Below, in pieces: positions 1 to 11,668 of a DNA stretch of 64,000 nt (positions are counted from its first letter, which is position 1; each line of letters starts with the position of its first letter). Origin of the DNA: Nemertoderma westbladi (lineage: Eukaryota > Animalia > Xenacoelomorpha); assembly GCA_032718475.1 (NCBI GenBank), contig JAUCBJ010006791.1, positions 1-64,000 on the forward strand. Direction: 5' to 3'. Position numbers and translations under genes: made by a program. A model generated the notes under the pieces. The model did no database searches and was not told the DNA's origin. It saw only the letters and a list, made by a program, of their open reading frames with translations.

Positions 1-698
1 CTTATTTGATTTGCAAATATTAACTAATTAATATTTGAGATGGGCACCGATTTATTCCAGAACTTGTCTGGGGACGTTAACCACTGATTCTAGAATTTGT
101 CTTTCAAGTATATCGGTGGGTGCCGCGATATCTTAATCGACTAGAATGACAGATGGTCAAAGGGTTTAACAGATTTATTTTGCGTTATACGCTACTGTTA
201 AAGGGACATCACGCTACTATATGTATTATTTAATATACGGTATGAGAGCAATATCGCACGAAGCAATGTCAGTGTGAAGAGGCAAGTCGTTTCCAAGGTC
301 TACCCAGAGCTTGGTTTAGCCGAGACACGAGGATCTGAACTTTGCATTCCTAATACTCTGCCTACCAATAATACTTAAATATAGTAGTGGCTTTATTGTA
401 CTTTAATAAGTACGGACATTTCATCTTACTGTAGTTACGTATTTATAACATAATACGGACAGTAAGGAAAGAGGAAAAGAATTATTTCTCGCCGTCGCAT
501 TAAATATAATATATACGTAATTAAGTAATAAACGCGAATATATATTGCACTAATCTACTAAATAATCGCTAAAATAACATTCTACTGAATAAAATTAAAG
601 AAAACGATTATAATAAAATTACATAGTAATACATACATAAATATAAAAATAATAAAATAATATAAAATAATAGAGTCACACACCCACTCCATATGTTG

Positions 699-3458
699 TT
701 ACGTTATGGAGTCCCTAGATGTTTGAAGGATTAGGGAGGTGGTCGTGGGAAGAGAATCTTGCCTTCCACAGTTTCCGGAGAGTCCTCCATTTCCTTCCGA
801 TAAACACAAACGACCGACTGGGTGATTGAGTCGCTGCATCCTGAATACAATTCCAGGTTTCCTCTTCGTCCTGGAATAGTGACGATAGAAACATCGCTCA
901 AAGTATATGACGGCGTCACAAAGCCGATTCCAGGAGCTATAGTGGTCCGTCGCTCTCTGCAGGAGAGGTGAGAGTCCCTGCGAGACGTCTGATGTTCCAG
1001 AGCTCCAATCGCTCTCTCTGATCTTCATGAAGGATCCACTCGCGGAGGGGAGGCCCAGATCCACGGCGTCGTCCCTGGCAACATGTAATACCGACAGATC
1101 TATCCCGGGTTCAAATAACTCCGCTCCACCCGCCCGGGTTTTAGGTTTAACTTTCTCCGCTCCCTTGGCTGGTCTAATCTCAGTCGGAGTAAGATGGGGA
1201 GGCCATTCATCCTCCTTACTCAGGAAGTCGGGTTCACCTAACCGGTCTGTAGTATCTGTCAGTTCTTGAGGAGTTACTCCTCTGGAAGCGATGTCCGTTG
1301 GATTAAACTTCTTGGGGCAATATCTCCATTGATCTACATTGGAGCTAAGATTGTCATTATCTGAGGAGTGTGGTGTTCCCTCAGTTGGGTCGTCTCCCTC
1401 ACTAGTATCGTCTTCCCATTCACTCACCTGGCAGACGCGATCTTGAAGCAGTCTTTCCCTGAGCGTTCTACGGGAAGGTCCAGTAAGGTACCAACCTACT
1501 CTAGTTCTTACCGCATAGGTCTGTAGTGGCTGCGGTTGAGCAGGTCGTTTCTCTAATGTCTCCAGCGCCTCATGCGCGTTTTGGCCGATGAGTATTTGCA
1601 CTCCAGGATAATCAGTCTGGAATCGAGGTATGTTAAGATGTTGGATGCTCTCATCCTCGTCCCAATTATAAAGGTCTGCTTGAGTAGTAGCGAAGTTCTT
1701 TATAGCCACCATTTTCACTGACCTTATGCTATGTTCTCCTAGTTCGTCTTGTGGGGTGGACAACGCGCCTACATAATAATCAGCTGTTATTGTAGATTTC
1801 CAAACTTGCATAATGCCTGACATGTTGAGCTTAGTTTGGAACTTGGGTTGTCCAGCAAATATATCTTCGGCTAGCTCTTTATCGATGAATGTTCCTGTGC
1901 TGCCGGAGTCCAGGAGGGCGTTCACTACATAACTCCGTTTAGGTCCGTGCACCCTTACCTGCACCACAGGAAACTCTCGGATTCCTATATTGGAAGTTGG
2001 CGCTTTCCAAGATGGTTGTTGATCGGAAGTAGTTAAGGTAAGGTCGCTGTCTGTGTCTTTCTCATGTACGAGTGCTCGATACACTGCGGTGGTGTTTATT
2101 AGGTAACAGGATTCGTTTTGGTCGGAGAACTCGTCCGTATAGAATCCTTCCATCTCAGATTGATCAGTGTCGTTCACATCACTGAATTGGACATGTAGTT
2201 CGGACTCACTTACCTGACTCGGGCTGTTTCGTTCGAATTCCGTGTGCAACAAGATATGATGTTTTGCGCCGCACTTTGCACACCTTGCGTCGGAGTTACA
2301 GGTTCGCCGTTGGTGTCCTCGTCTGAGGCAATTATAACACAACCGCTTATCCCACATGACTTCACGTCTATCCTCGAGTGATTTCCTCAGGAATTTATCA
2401 CACGCATTTAAACGGTGGGGCCCGTCGCACAGCACACATTTCGGCTTGATGTTACTTACTTTAACCTGTGCTATGTGGTGCACACTTGTTCTTTCCTCGG
2501 GCTTTCTCACCTGAATTCTTTTAGGAGACGTAGGAAGGGTTTTTTGTACCGGTTCCCTTCTGTCATTGGGTCGAGACTCGGATTTACTTACCTGATCTTT
2601 AGGCATTTTATTGACATAATAAGATCTGTCAGTGTCTTTCCCGCTGTCCTCTCCTTGAGAAGTTTGGCTTTCACCGTCGTCGGTATAACATACTGGTGTT
2701 ACCCTTCTCCTAGAAACGGGTTTCTCACTTACCTTGTTTTCCAATGTCTTCTCTCTGGACTGCCTTAGGAGCTGTAATTTCACTTCTCTATCTAAGAATG
2801 ACATGAGATCAGTCATGGTAGGGTCTCGTTGTTGTTGTTCCATCATATATAACACCTTCTTGTCCCAGCGTGTACCTACTCCACCCTTGGGCAAAGTAGA
2901 TGCTAAGGCTCCTACAACCATAGAATTCTGGTATTCATGAGACTTACCTAACCAATCTAGTTGTCTACAGATCTCCTGAATCTCATCGGAAAACTCTATA
3001 ATCCCGCTGCTAAGAAACTTTCGGGGCGCCATTAATTTCGCATATAAATACCTAGCGATGTTATTCCTATTACCATACCTGATGTTTAGTGTATCCCAAA
3101 CTTGTCTTAATCCGTCTGGATGTCCAATAAACTTTAACGCCATTAACTTGGGAGATCCTTCCAAGCACTCGATGAGGTATCTAAGTTTTTCTCCATTAGA
3201 TAGTACAGAGTTCTGTATGTTATCTTTGTAATATTCATTAAAAGGTAACCATTTCATCTCATCTCCATTGAACTTGACGATCTCTCCAACCTTTACCGCT
3301 TGCCGGGCTTCGGTTCTAGCCATTTGACGCGTAAAACTTTCTTGGGCCATCGTGCTATTTAATATCGAGTTATCGGTATATAAATTTCTCGGATTATGAT
3401 CAGTTCTATATGGAATATCATTATCAACAGGTCTATAATTACCCTTAATAGGGTTCAC
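699..3458 (-). pseudogene. 5'-truncated BEL/Pao Gag-protease ORF
   Basis: KFNGDEMKWLPF Gag motif, three Cys/His knuckles (CVLCDGPH..C, CYNCLRRGH..C, CAKCGAKHH), protease ALLDSGS. Equals the C-terminal 919 aa of the 1669-aa ORF; the N-terminus is lost at the 3465 junction. Confidence 0.85.
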
Positions 3459-3465
3459 TATAGGA

Positions 3466-3722
3466 AGAAACGTCGACGTGGCAATATCAGCTGCTAGCCG
3501 TCGTCATGGTAGCGACACTGTTTTCAAGAGTATCGTGCTTTTACGTCACGGAATTACGGATTATGTCCTCTAAAGTACAAATACAGAAGAAATAGCTCTT
3601 ATGTCCGCTAAAACACCAGTACAGCAAGGACACGGCCTTTTTATGCCTGGTAAACCAACTACAGAGTACTTTACGGGAAAAATAAGGAAAAATAACCGGA
3701 CAATTCAGTAAAAGCTTTTACA
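3466..3722 (-). repeat. Remnant of the outer end of the 5' LTR of copy A, diverged LTR variant
   Basis: Colinear with 26160-26426 and 37950-38217 (caattcagtaaaagcttttaca vs caattcagcaaaggcttttaca) but heavily substituted. Begins TGTAAAAG on the minus strand. Confidence 0.8.
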
Positions 3723-6700
3723 TAGGCAGTCGCGTGTATTTGGTGCGAAATGTTGGAGTAGTATAAGTAATAGGTAGTCGCGTGTATTTGGTGCGAAATG
3801 TTGGAGTAGTATAAGTAATAGGTAGTCGCGTGTAGTTGGTGCGAAATGTTGGAGTAGTATAAGTAATAGGCAGTCGCGTGTATTTGGTGCGAAATGTTGG
3901 AGTAGTATAAGTAATAGGCAGTCGCGTGTATTTGGTGCGAAATGTTGGAGTAGTATAAGTAATAGGCAGTCGCGTGTATTTGGTGCGAAATGTTGGAGTA
4001 GTATAAGTAATAGGTAGTCGCGTGTATTTGGTGCGAAATGTTGGAGTAGTATAAGTAATAGGTAGTCGCGTGTATTGGGTGCGAAATGTTGGAGTAGTAT
4101 AAGTAATAGGCAGTCGCGTGTATTTGGTGCGAAATGTTGGAGTAGTATAAGTAATAGGCAGTCGCGTGTATTTGGTGCGAAATGTTGGAGTAGTATAAGT
4201 AATAGGTAGTCGCGTGTATTTGGTGCGAAATGTTGGAGTAGTATAAGTAATAGGCAGTCGCGTGTATTTGGTGCGAAATGTTGGAGTAGTATAAGTAATA
4301 GGTAGTCGCGTGTATTGGGTGCGAAATGTTGGAGTAGTATAAGTAATAGGTAGTCGCGTGTATTGGGTGCGAAATGTTGGAGTAGTATAAGTAATAGGTA
4401 GTCGCGTGTATTTGGTGCGAAATGTTGGAGTAGTATAAGTAATAGGTAGTCGCGTGTATTTGGTGCGAAATGTTGGAGTAGTATAAGTAATAGGTAGTCG
4501 CGTGTATTTGGTGCGAAATGTTGGAGTAGTATAAGTAATAGGCAGTCGCGTGTATTTGGTGCGAAATGTTGGAGTAGTATAAGTAATAGGCAGTCGCGTG
4601 TATTGGGTGCGAAATGTTGGAGTAGTATAAGTAATAGGTAGTCGCGTGTATTTGGTGCGAAATGTTGGAGTAGTATAAGTAATAGGCAGTCGCGTGTATT
4701 TGGTGCGAAATGTTGGAGTAGTATAAGTAATAGGTAGTCGCGTGTATTGGGTGCGAAATGTTGGAGTAGTATAAGTAATAGGCAGTCGCGTGTATTTGGT
4801 GCGAAATGTTGGAGTAGTATAAGTAATAGGCAGTCGCGTGTATTTGGTGCGAAATGTTGGAGTAGTATAAGTAATAGGTAGTCGCGTGTATTGGGTGCGA
4901 AATGTTGGAGTAGTATAAGTAATAGGCAGTCGCGTGTATTTGGTGCGAAATGTTGGAGTAGTATAAGTAATAGGCAGTCGCGTGTATTTGGTGCGAAATG
5001 TTGGAGTAGTATAAGTAATAGGTAGTCGCGTGTATTTGGTGCGAAATGTTGGAGTAGTATAAGTAATAGGCAGTCGCGTGTATTTGGTGCGAAATGTTGG
5101 AGTAGTATAAGTAATAGGCAGTCGCGTGTATTTGGTGCGAAATGTTGGAGTAGTATAAGTAATAGGCAGTCGCGTGTATTTGGTGCGAAATGTTGGAGTA
5201 GTATAAGTAATAGGCAGTCGCGTGTATTTGGTGCGAAATGTTGGAGTAGTATAAGTAATAGGCAGTCGCGTGTATTTGGTGCGAAATGTTGGAGTAGTAT
5301 AAGTAATAGGCAGTCGCGTGTATTGGGTGCGAAATGTTGGAGTAGTATAAGTAATAGGCAGTCGCGTGTATTTGGTGCGAAATGTTGGAGTAGTATAAGT
5401 AATAGGCAGTCGCGTGTATTTGGTGCGAAATGTTGGAGTAGTATAAGTAATAGGCAGTCGCGTGTATTTGGTGCGAAATGTTGGAGTAGTATAAGTAATA
5501 GGTAGTCGCGTGTATTTGGTGCGAAATGTTGGAGTAGTATAAGTAATAGGCAGTCGCGTGTATTTGGTGCGAAATGTTGGAGTAGTATAAGTAATAGGTA
5601 GTCGCGTGTATTGGGTGCGAAATGTTGGAGTAGTATAAGTAATAGGCAGTCGCGTGTATTTGGTGCGAAATGTTGGAGTAGTATAAGTAATAGGCAGTCG
5701 CGTGTATTTGGTGCGAAATGTTGGAGTAGTATAAGTAATAGGCAGTCGCGTGTATTTGGTGCGAAATGTTGGAGTAGTATAAGTAATAGGTAGTCGCGTG
5801 TATTGGGTGCGAAATGTTGGAGTAGTATAAGTAATAGGTAGTCGCGTGTATTTGGTGCGAAATGTTGGAGTAGTATAAGTAATAGGCAGTCGCGTGTATT
5901 TGGTGCGAAATGTTGGAGTAGTATAAGTAATAGGCAGTCGCGTGTATTTGGTGCGAAATGTTGGAGTAGTATAAGTAATAGGTAGTCGCGTGTATTTGGT
6001 GCGAAATGTTGGAGTAGTATAAGTAATAGGTAGTCGCGTGTATTTGGTGCGAAATGTTGGAGTAGTATAAGTAATAGGCAGTCGCGTGTATTTGGTGCGA
6101 AATGTTGGAGTAGTATAAGTAATAGGTAGTCGCGTGTATTTGGTGCGAAATGTTGGAGTAGTATAAGTAATAGGCAGTCGCGTGTATTTGGTGCGAAATG
6201 TTGGAGTAGTATAAGTAATAGGCAGTCGCGTGTATTGGGTGCGAAATGTTGGAGTAGTATAAGTAATAGGTAGTCGCGTGTATTTGGTGCGAAATGTTGG
6301 AGTAGTATAAGTAATAGGTAGTCGCGTGTATTTGGTGCGAAATGTTGGAGTAGTATAAGTAATAGGCAGTCGCGTGTATTTGGTGCGAAATGTTGGAGTA
6401 GTATAAGTAATAGGTAGTCGCGTGTATTTGGTGCGAAATGTTGGAGTAGTATAAGTAATAGGCAGTCGCGTGTATTGGGTGCGAAATGTTGGAGTAGTAT
6501 AAGTAATAGGTAGTCGCGTGTATTTGGTGCGAAATGTTGGAGTAGTATAAGTAATAGGCAGTCGCGTGTATTGGGTGCGAAATGTTGGAGTAGTATAAGT
6601 AATAGGCAGTCGCGTGTATTTGGTGCGAAATGTTGGAGTAGTATAAGTAATAGGTAGTCGCGTGTATTTGGTGCGAAATGTTGGAGTAGTATAAGTAATA

Positions 6701-9700
6701 GGCAGTCGCGTGTATTTGGTGCGAAATGTTGGAGTAGTATAAGTAATAGGTAGTCGCGTGTATTTGGTGCGAAATGTTGGAGTAGTATAAGTAATAGGCA
6801 GTCGCGTGTATTTGGTGCGAAATGTTGGAGTAGTATAAGTAATAGGCAGTCGCGTGTATTTGGTGCGAAATGTTGGAGTAGTATAAGTAATAGGCAGTCG
6901 CGTGTATTTGGTGCGAAATGTTGGAGTAGTATAAGTAATAGGTAGTCGCGTGTATTTGGTGCGAAATGTTGGAGTAGTATAAGTAATAGGCAGTCGCGTG
7001 TATTTGGTGCGAATGTTAGTAGTATAAGTAATAGGTAGTCGCGTGTATTGGTGCGAAATGTTGGAGTAGTATAAGTAATAGGCAGTCGCGTGTATTTGGT
7101 GCGAAATGTTGGAGTAGTATAAGTAATAGGCAGTCGCGTGTATTTGGTGCGAAATGTTGGAGTAGTATAAGTAATAGGCAGTCGCGTGTATTTGGTGCGA
7201 AATGTTGGAGTAGTATAAGTAATAGGCAGTCGCGTGTATTTGGTGCGAAATGTTGGAGTAGTATAAGTAATAGGCAGTCGCGTGTATTTGGTGCGAAATG
7301 TTGGAGTAGTATAAGTAATAGGTAGTCGCGTGTATTTGGTGCGAAATGTTGGAGTAGTATAAGTAATAGGCAGTCGCGTGTATTTGGTGCGAAATGTTGG
7401 AGTAGTATAAGTAATAGGCAGTCGCGTGTATTTGGTGCGAAATGTTGGAGTAGTATAAGTAATAGGCAGTCGCGTGTATTTGGTGCGAAATGTTGGAGTA
7501 GTATAAGTAATAGGCAGTCGCGTGTATTTGGTGCGAAATGTTGGAGTAGTATAAGTAATAGGTAGTCGCGTGTATTTGGTGCGAAATGTTGGAGTAGTAT
7601 AAGTAATAGGCAGTCGCGTGTATTTGGTGCGAAATGTTGGAGTAGTATAAGTAATAGGTAGTCGCGTGTATTTGGTGCGAAATGTTGGAGTAGTATAAGT
7701 AATAGGCAGTCGCGTGTATTTGGTGCGAAATGTTGGAGTAGTATAAGTAATAGGTAGTCGCGTGTATTTGGTGCGAAATGTTGGAGTAGTATAAGTAATA
7801 GGCAGTCGCGTGTATTTGGTGCGAAATGTTGGAGTAGTATAAGTAATAGGTAGTCGCGTGTATTTGGTGCGAAATGTTGGAGTAGTATAAGTAATAGGCA
7901 GTCGCGTGTATTTGGTGCGAAATGTTGGAGTAGTATAAGTAATAGGCAGTCGCGTGTATTTGGTGCGAAATGTTGGAGTAGTATAAGTAATAGGCAGTCG
8001 CGTGTATTTGGTGCGAAATGTTGGAGTAGTATAAGTAATAGGCAGTCGCGTGTATTTGGTGCGAAATGTTGGAGTAGTATAAGTAATAGGTAGTCGCGTG
8101 TATTTGGTGCGAAATGTTGGAGTAGTATAAGTAATAGGCAGTCGCGTGTATTTGGTGCGAAATGTTGGAGTAGTATAAGTAATAGGCAGTCGCGTGTATT
8201 TGGTGCGAAATGTTGGAGTAGTATAAGTAATAGGCAGTCGCGTGTATTTGGTGCGAAATGTTGGAGTAGTATAAGTAATAGGTAGTCGCGTGTATTTGGT
8301 GCGAAATGTTGGAGTAGTATAAGTAATAGGCAGTCGCGTGTATTTGGTGCGAAATGTTGGAGTAGTATAAGTAATAGGCAGTCGCGTGTATTTGGTGCGA
8401 AATGTTGGAGTAGTATAAGTAATAGGCAGTCGCGTGTATTTGGTGCGAAATGTTGGAGTAGTATAAGTAATAGGCAGTCGCGTGTATTTGGTGCGAAATG
8501 TTGGAGTAGTATAAGTAATAGGTAGTCGCGTGTATTTGGTGCGAAATGTTGGAGTAGTATAAGTAATAGGCAGTCGCGTGTATTTGGTGCGAAATGTTGG
8601 AGTAGTATAAGTAATAGGTAGTCGCGTGTATTTGGTGCGAAATGTTGGAGTAGTATAAGTAATAGGTAGTCGCGTGTATTTGGTGCGAAATGTTGGAGTA
8701 GTATAAGTAATAGGTAGTCGCGTGTATTTGGTGCGAAATGTTGGAGTAGTATAAGTAATAGGCAGTCGCGTGTATTTGGTGCGAAATGTTGGAGTAGTAT
8801 AAGTAATAGGCAGTCGCGTGTATTTGGTGCGAAATGTTGGAGTAGTATAAGTAATAGGCAGTCGCGTGTATTTGGTGCGAAATGTTGGAGTAGTATAAGT
8901 AATAGGCAGTCGCGTGTATTTGGTGCGAAATGTTGGAGTAGTATAAGTAATAGGCAGTCGCGTGTATTTGGTGCGAAATGTTGGAGTAGTATAAGTAATA
9001 GGCAGTCGCGTGTATTTGGTGCGAAATGTTGGAGTAGTATAAGTAATAGGCAGTCGCGTGTATTTGGTGCGAAATGTTGGAGTAGTATAAGTAATAGGCA
9101 GTCGCGTGTATTTGGTGCGAAATGTTGGAGTAGTATAAGTAATAGGCAGTCGCGTGTATTTGGTGCGAAATGTTGGAGTAGTATAAGTAATAGGCAGTCG
9201 CGTGTATTTGGTGCGAAATGTTGGAGTAGTATAAGTAATAGGCAGTCGCGTGTATTTGGTGCGAAATGTTGGAGTAGTATAAGTAATAGGTAGTCGCGTG
9301 TATTTGGTGCGAAATGTTGGAGTAGTATAAGTAATAGGCAGTCGCGTGTATTTGGTGCGAAATGTTGGAGTAGTATAAGTAATAGGCAGTCGCGTGTATT
9401 TGGTGCGAAATGTTGGAGTAGTATAAGTAATAGGTAGTCGCGTGTATTTGGTGCGAAATGTTGGAGTAGTATAAGTAATAGGTAGTCGCGTGTATTTGGT
9501 GCGAAATGTTGGAGTAGTATAAGTAATAGGCAGTCGCGTGTATTTGGTGCGAAATGTTGGAGTAGTATAAGTAATAGGCAGTCGCGTGTATTTGGTGCGA
9601 AATGTTGGAGTAGTATAAGTAATAGGTAGTCGCGTGTATTTGGTGCGAAATGTTGGAGTAGTATAAGTAATAGGCAGTCGCGTGTATTTGGTGCGAAATG

Positions 9701-10328
9701 TTGGAGTAGTATAAGTAATAGGTAGTCGCGTGTATTTGGTGCGAAATGTTGGAGTAGTATAAGTAATAGGTAGTCGCGTGTATTTGGTGCGAAATGTTGG
9801 AGTAGTATAAGTAATAGGCAGTCGCGTGTATTTGGTGCGAAATGTTGGAGTAGTATAAGTAATAGGCAGTCGCGTGTATTTGGTGCGAAATGTTGGAGTA
9901 GTATAAGTAATAGGTAGTCGCGTGTATTTGGTGCGAAATGTTGGAGTAGTATAAGTAATAGGTAGTCGCGTGTATTTGGTGCGAAATGTTGGAGTAGTAT
10001 AAGTAATAGGCAGTCGCGTGTATTGGGTGCGAAATGTTGGAGTAGTATAAGTAATAGGCAGTCGCGTGTATTTGGTGCGAAATGTTGGAGTAGTATAAGT
10101 AATAGGCAGTCGCGTGTATTGGGTGCGAAATGTTGGAGTAGTATAAGTAATAGGCAGTCGCGTGTATTTGGTGCGAAATGTTGGAGTAGTATAAGTAATA
10201 GGTAGTCGCGTGTATTTGGTGCGAAATGTTGGAGTAGTATAAGTAATAGGCAGTCGCGTGTATTTGGTGCGAAATGTTGGAGTAGTATAAGTAATAGGTA
10301 GTCGCGTGTATTGGGTGCGAAATGTTGG
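3723..10328. repeat. 48-bp tandem satellite, left block (~137 units)
   Basis: Unit TAGGYAGTCGCGTGTATTKGGTGCGAAATGTTGGAGTAGTATAAGTAA; two main variable sites; deletion-bearing units near 7010-7050. Confidence 0.98.
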
Positions 10329-11276
10329 TGTTGGCGCCGCTGCGCGTGGCAATAATCATCCCGACCTTTTCTTTATTGTGCTATATTCATATTTATTTGT
10401 AAACGAAGAATTATATTTCTGTTCAGTTGAGTTTTATGCTTATTTAATATGTGATTCGATTTATCGAGAGATTGTAACTATACTAATAGGTTTATTGAAT
10501 TATTGTAAGTTGATTATTGGTGGTGTGAGTTAATTAAGTTGTGCATTGTATTGTAATCTCAATCTAGAAGTATGTTAGGGGGCATATCTGTCCGCATAAT
10601 GGAAAGCCAATAAATGCCGTGGCTATACTGTATTATTGACCTAACAATTATCGCCAACTATATAGATTAATTAGTAGTTTTTTAAATACAATAGTCATCT
10701 CGACAGCTGGGCTCATTATTCTGAAATACAGCGGGAGAGACTTTTGTATTCTTATGGCTAGAATAGGGCAATCCTATATATTGAATATTGAATATTAGTA
10801 ATTAGTAATTAGTATATATATCGTTTACGGTCTAAATTTGAATATAATATTATAAATTATATAAATAATAACGACCTGAGGAACTCTGAATAAATTTCCT
10901 TCCAAGTAAAAACTGTCATCTTTCGACTATCTCCTCCCTTCTAAAGCCGTCTACAATACGTAGGCTGCCGGGACCCTTGTAGACTCTGTCTCTTCTCTGT
11001 ACTAGAGGGAGCAGGTTATTGCAGGAATTCTCTCTGAGGGAGAGATTGATTGTTAGCAATTTTGAGAATAGGAATGCGTTATTCGCCAGTACGAAACCAA
11101 GTCTTGATATTAGTACAAGCACCTTTTTCAATTTCTCAAACTCCCCATCGATTTGTTGCCATACTGACTGTATATTAGAGCCACTGCATAAACCCTGGCG
11201 GTAATAGTTTATTGTCCAGGTCAGCCGATAGGATTATTGTTAGTAGCACTGCGACTACATTAATCGCGCAGCAACA
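10329..11276 (+). repeat. 5' LTR of element B
   Basis: TGTTGGCGCC...CGCGCAGCAACA; direct repeat of 20030-20977; AATAAA near 10889. Confidence 0.95.
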
Positions 11277-11280
11277 AAAA

Positions 11281-11291
11281 GTAAGAATACA
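11281..11291 (+). promoter_or_regulatory. Non-tRNA primer-binding-site candidate of element B (GTAAGAATACA)
   Basis: Lies 4 nt after the 5' LTR with no TGG start. Reverse complement of TGTATTCTTAC at 20446-20456 (TGTATTCTTAT at 10745-10755). Confidence 0.5.
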
Positions 11292-11668
11292 GGCCTATTA
11301 TGCTTGTATTATTCATCAATTTAATAATTTAAATTAATTAAATTTAATTAAATTTGATTATAATATAATTTAATAATTTATTTGATAATTAAAATAGTTA
11401 TTTAATTATTTAGAGTGTCAACGTTAAATAACACTAATTAATTGATTAATTAATTGTAGTAAAGCTCAACTGTAAGAGCTTCACACTTGTAAGTAAGTGT
11501 GTAGACGCACATATTTGCGTAACAATATTTAACTACTGTAGGTATATACTTTATTTATAGTGGTAAATACAGTACAGTAATTATACTGCATTGTAGTTAT
11601 ACTGTAGTGTTTATATTATAGTACATAGTAGTTGTACTGCATGCGTATTGTATACAGTAAATGACCCA

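Larger units (their letters stand above)
1..3722 (-). mobile_element. Non-autonomous BEL/Pao LTR element, copy A (3' part runs off window; large internal deletion)
   Basis: 1-3465 is near-identical to 28981-32440 of element C. It then joins directly to an LTR-end remnant finishing in ...TTTTACA at 3722. Confidence 0.9.

Noticed and set aside
3705-10359. Two ~2200-aa minus-strand ORFs
   Set aside because: Artefacts of a 48-bp unit (multiple of 3) with no minus-strand stops; all three frames are open and the starts lie inside B's LTR.
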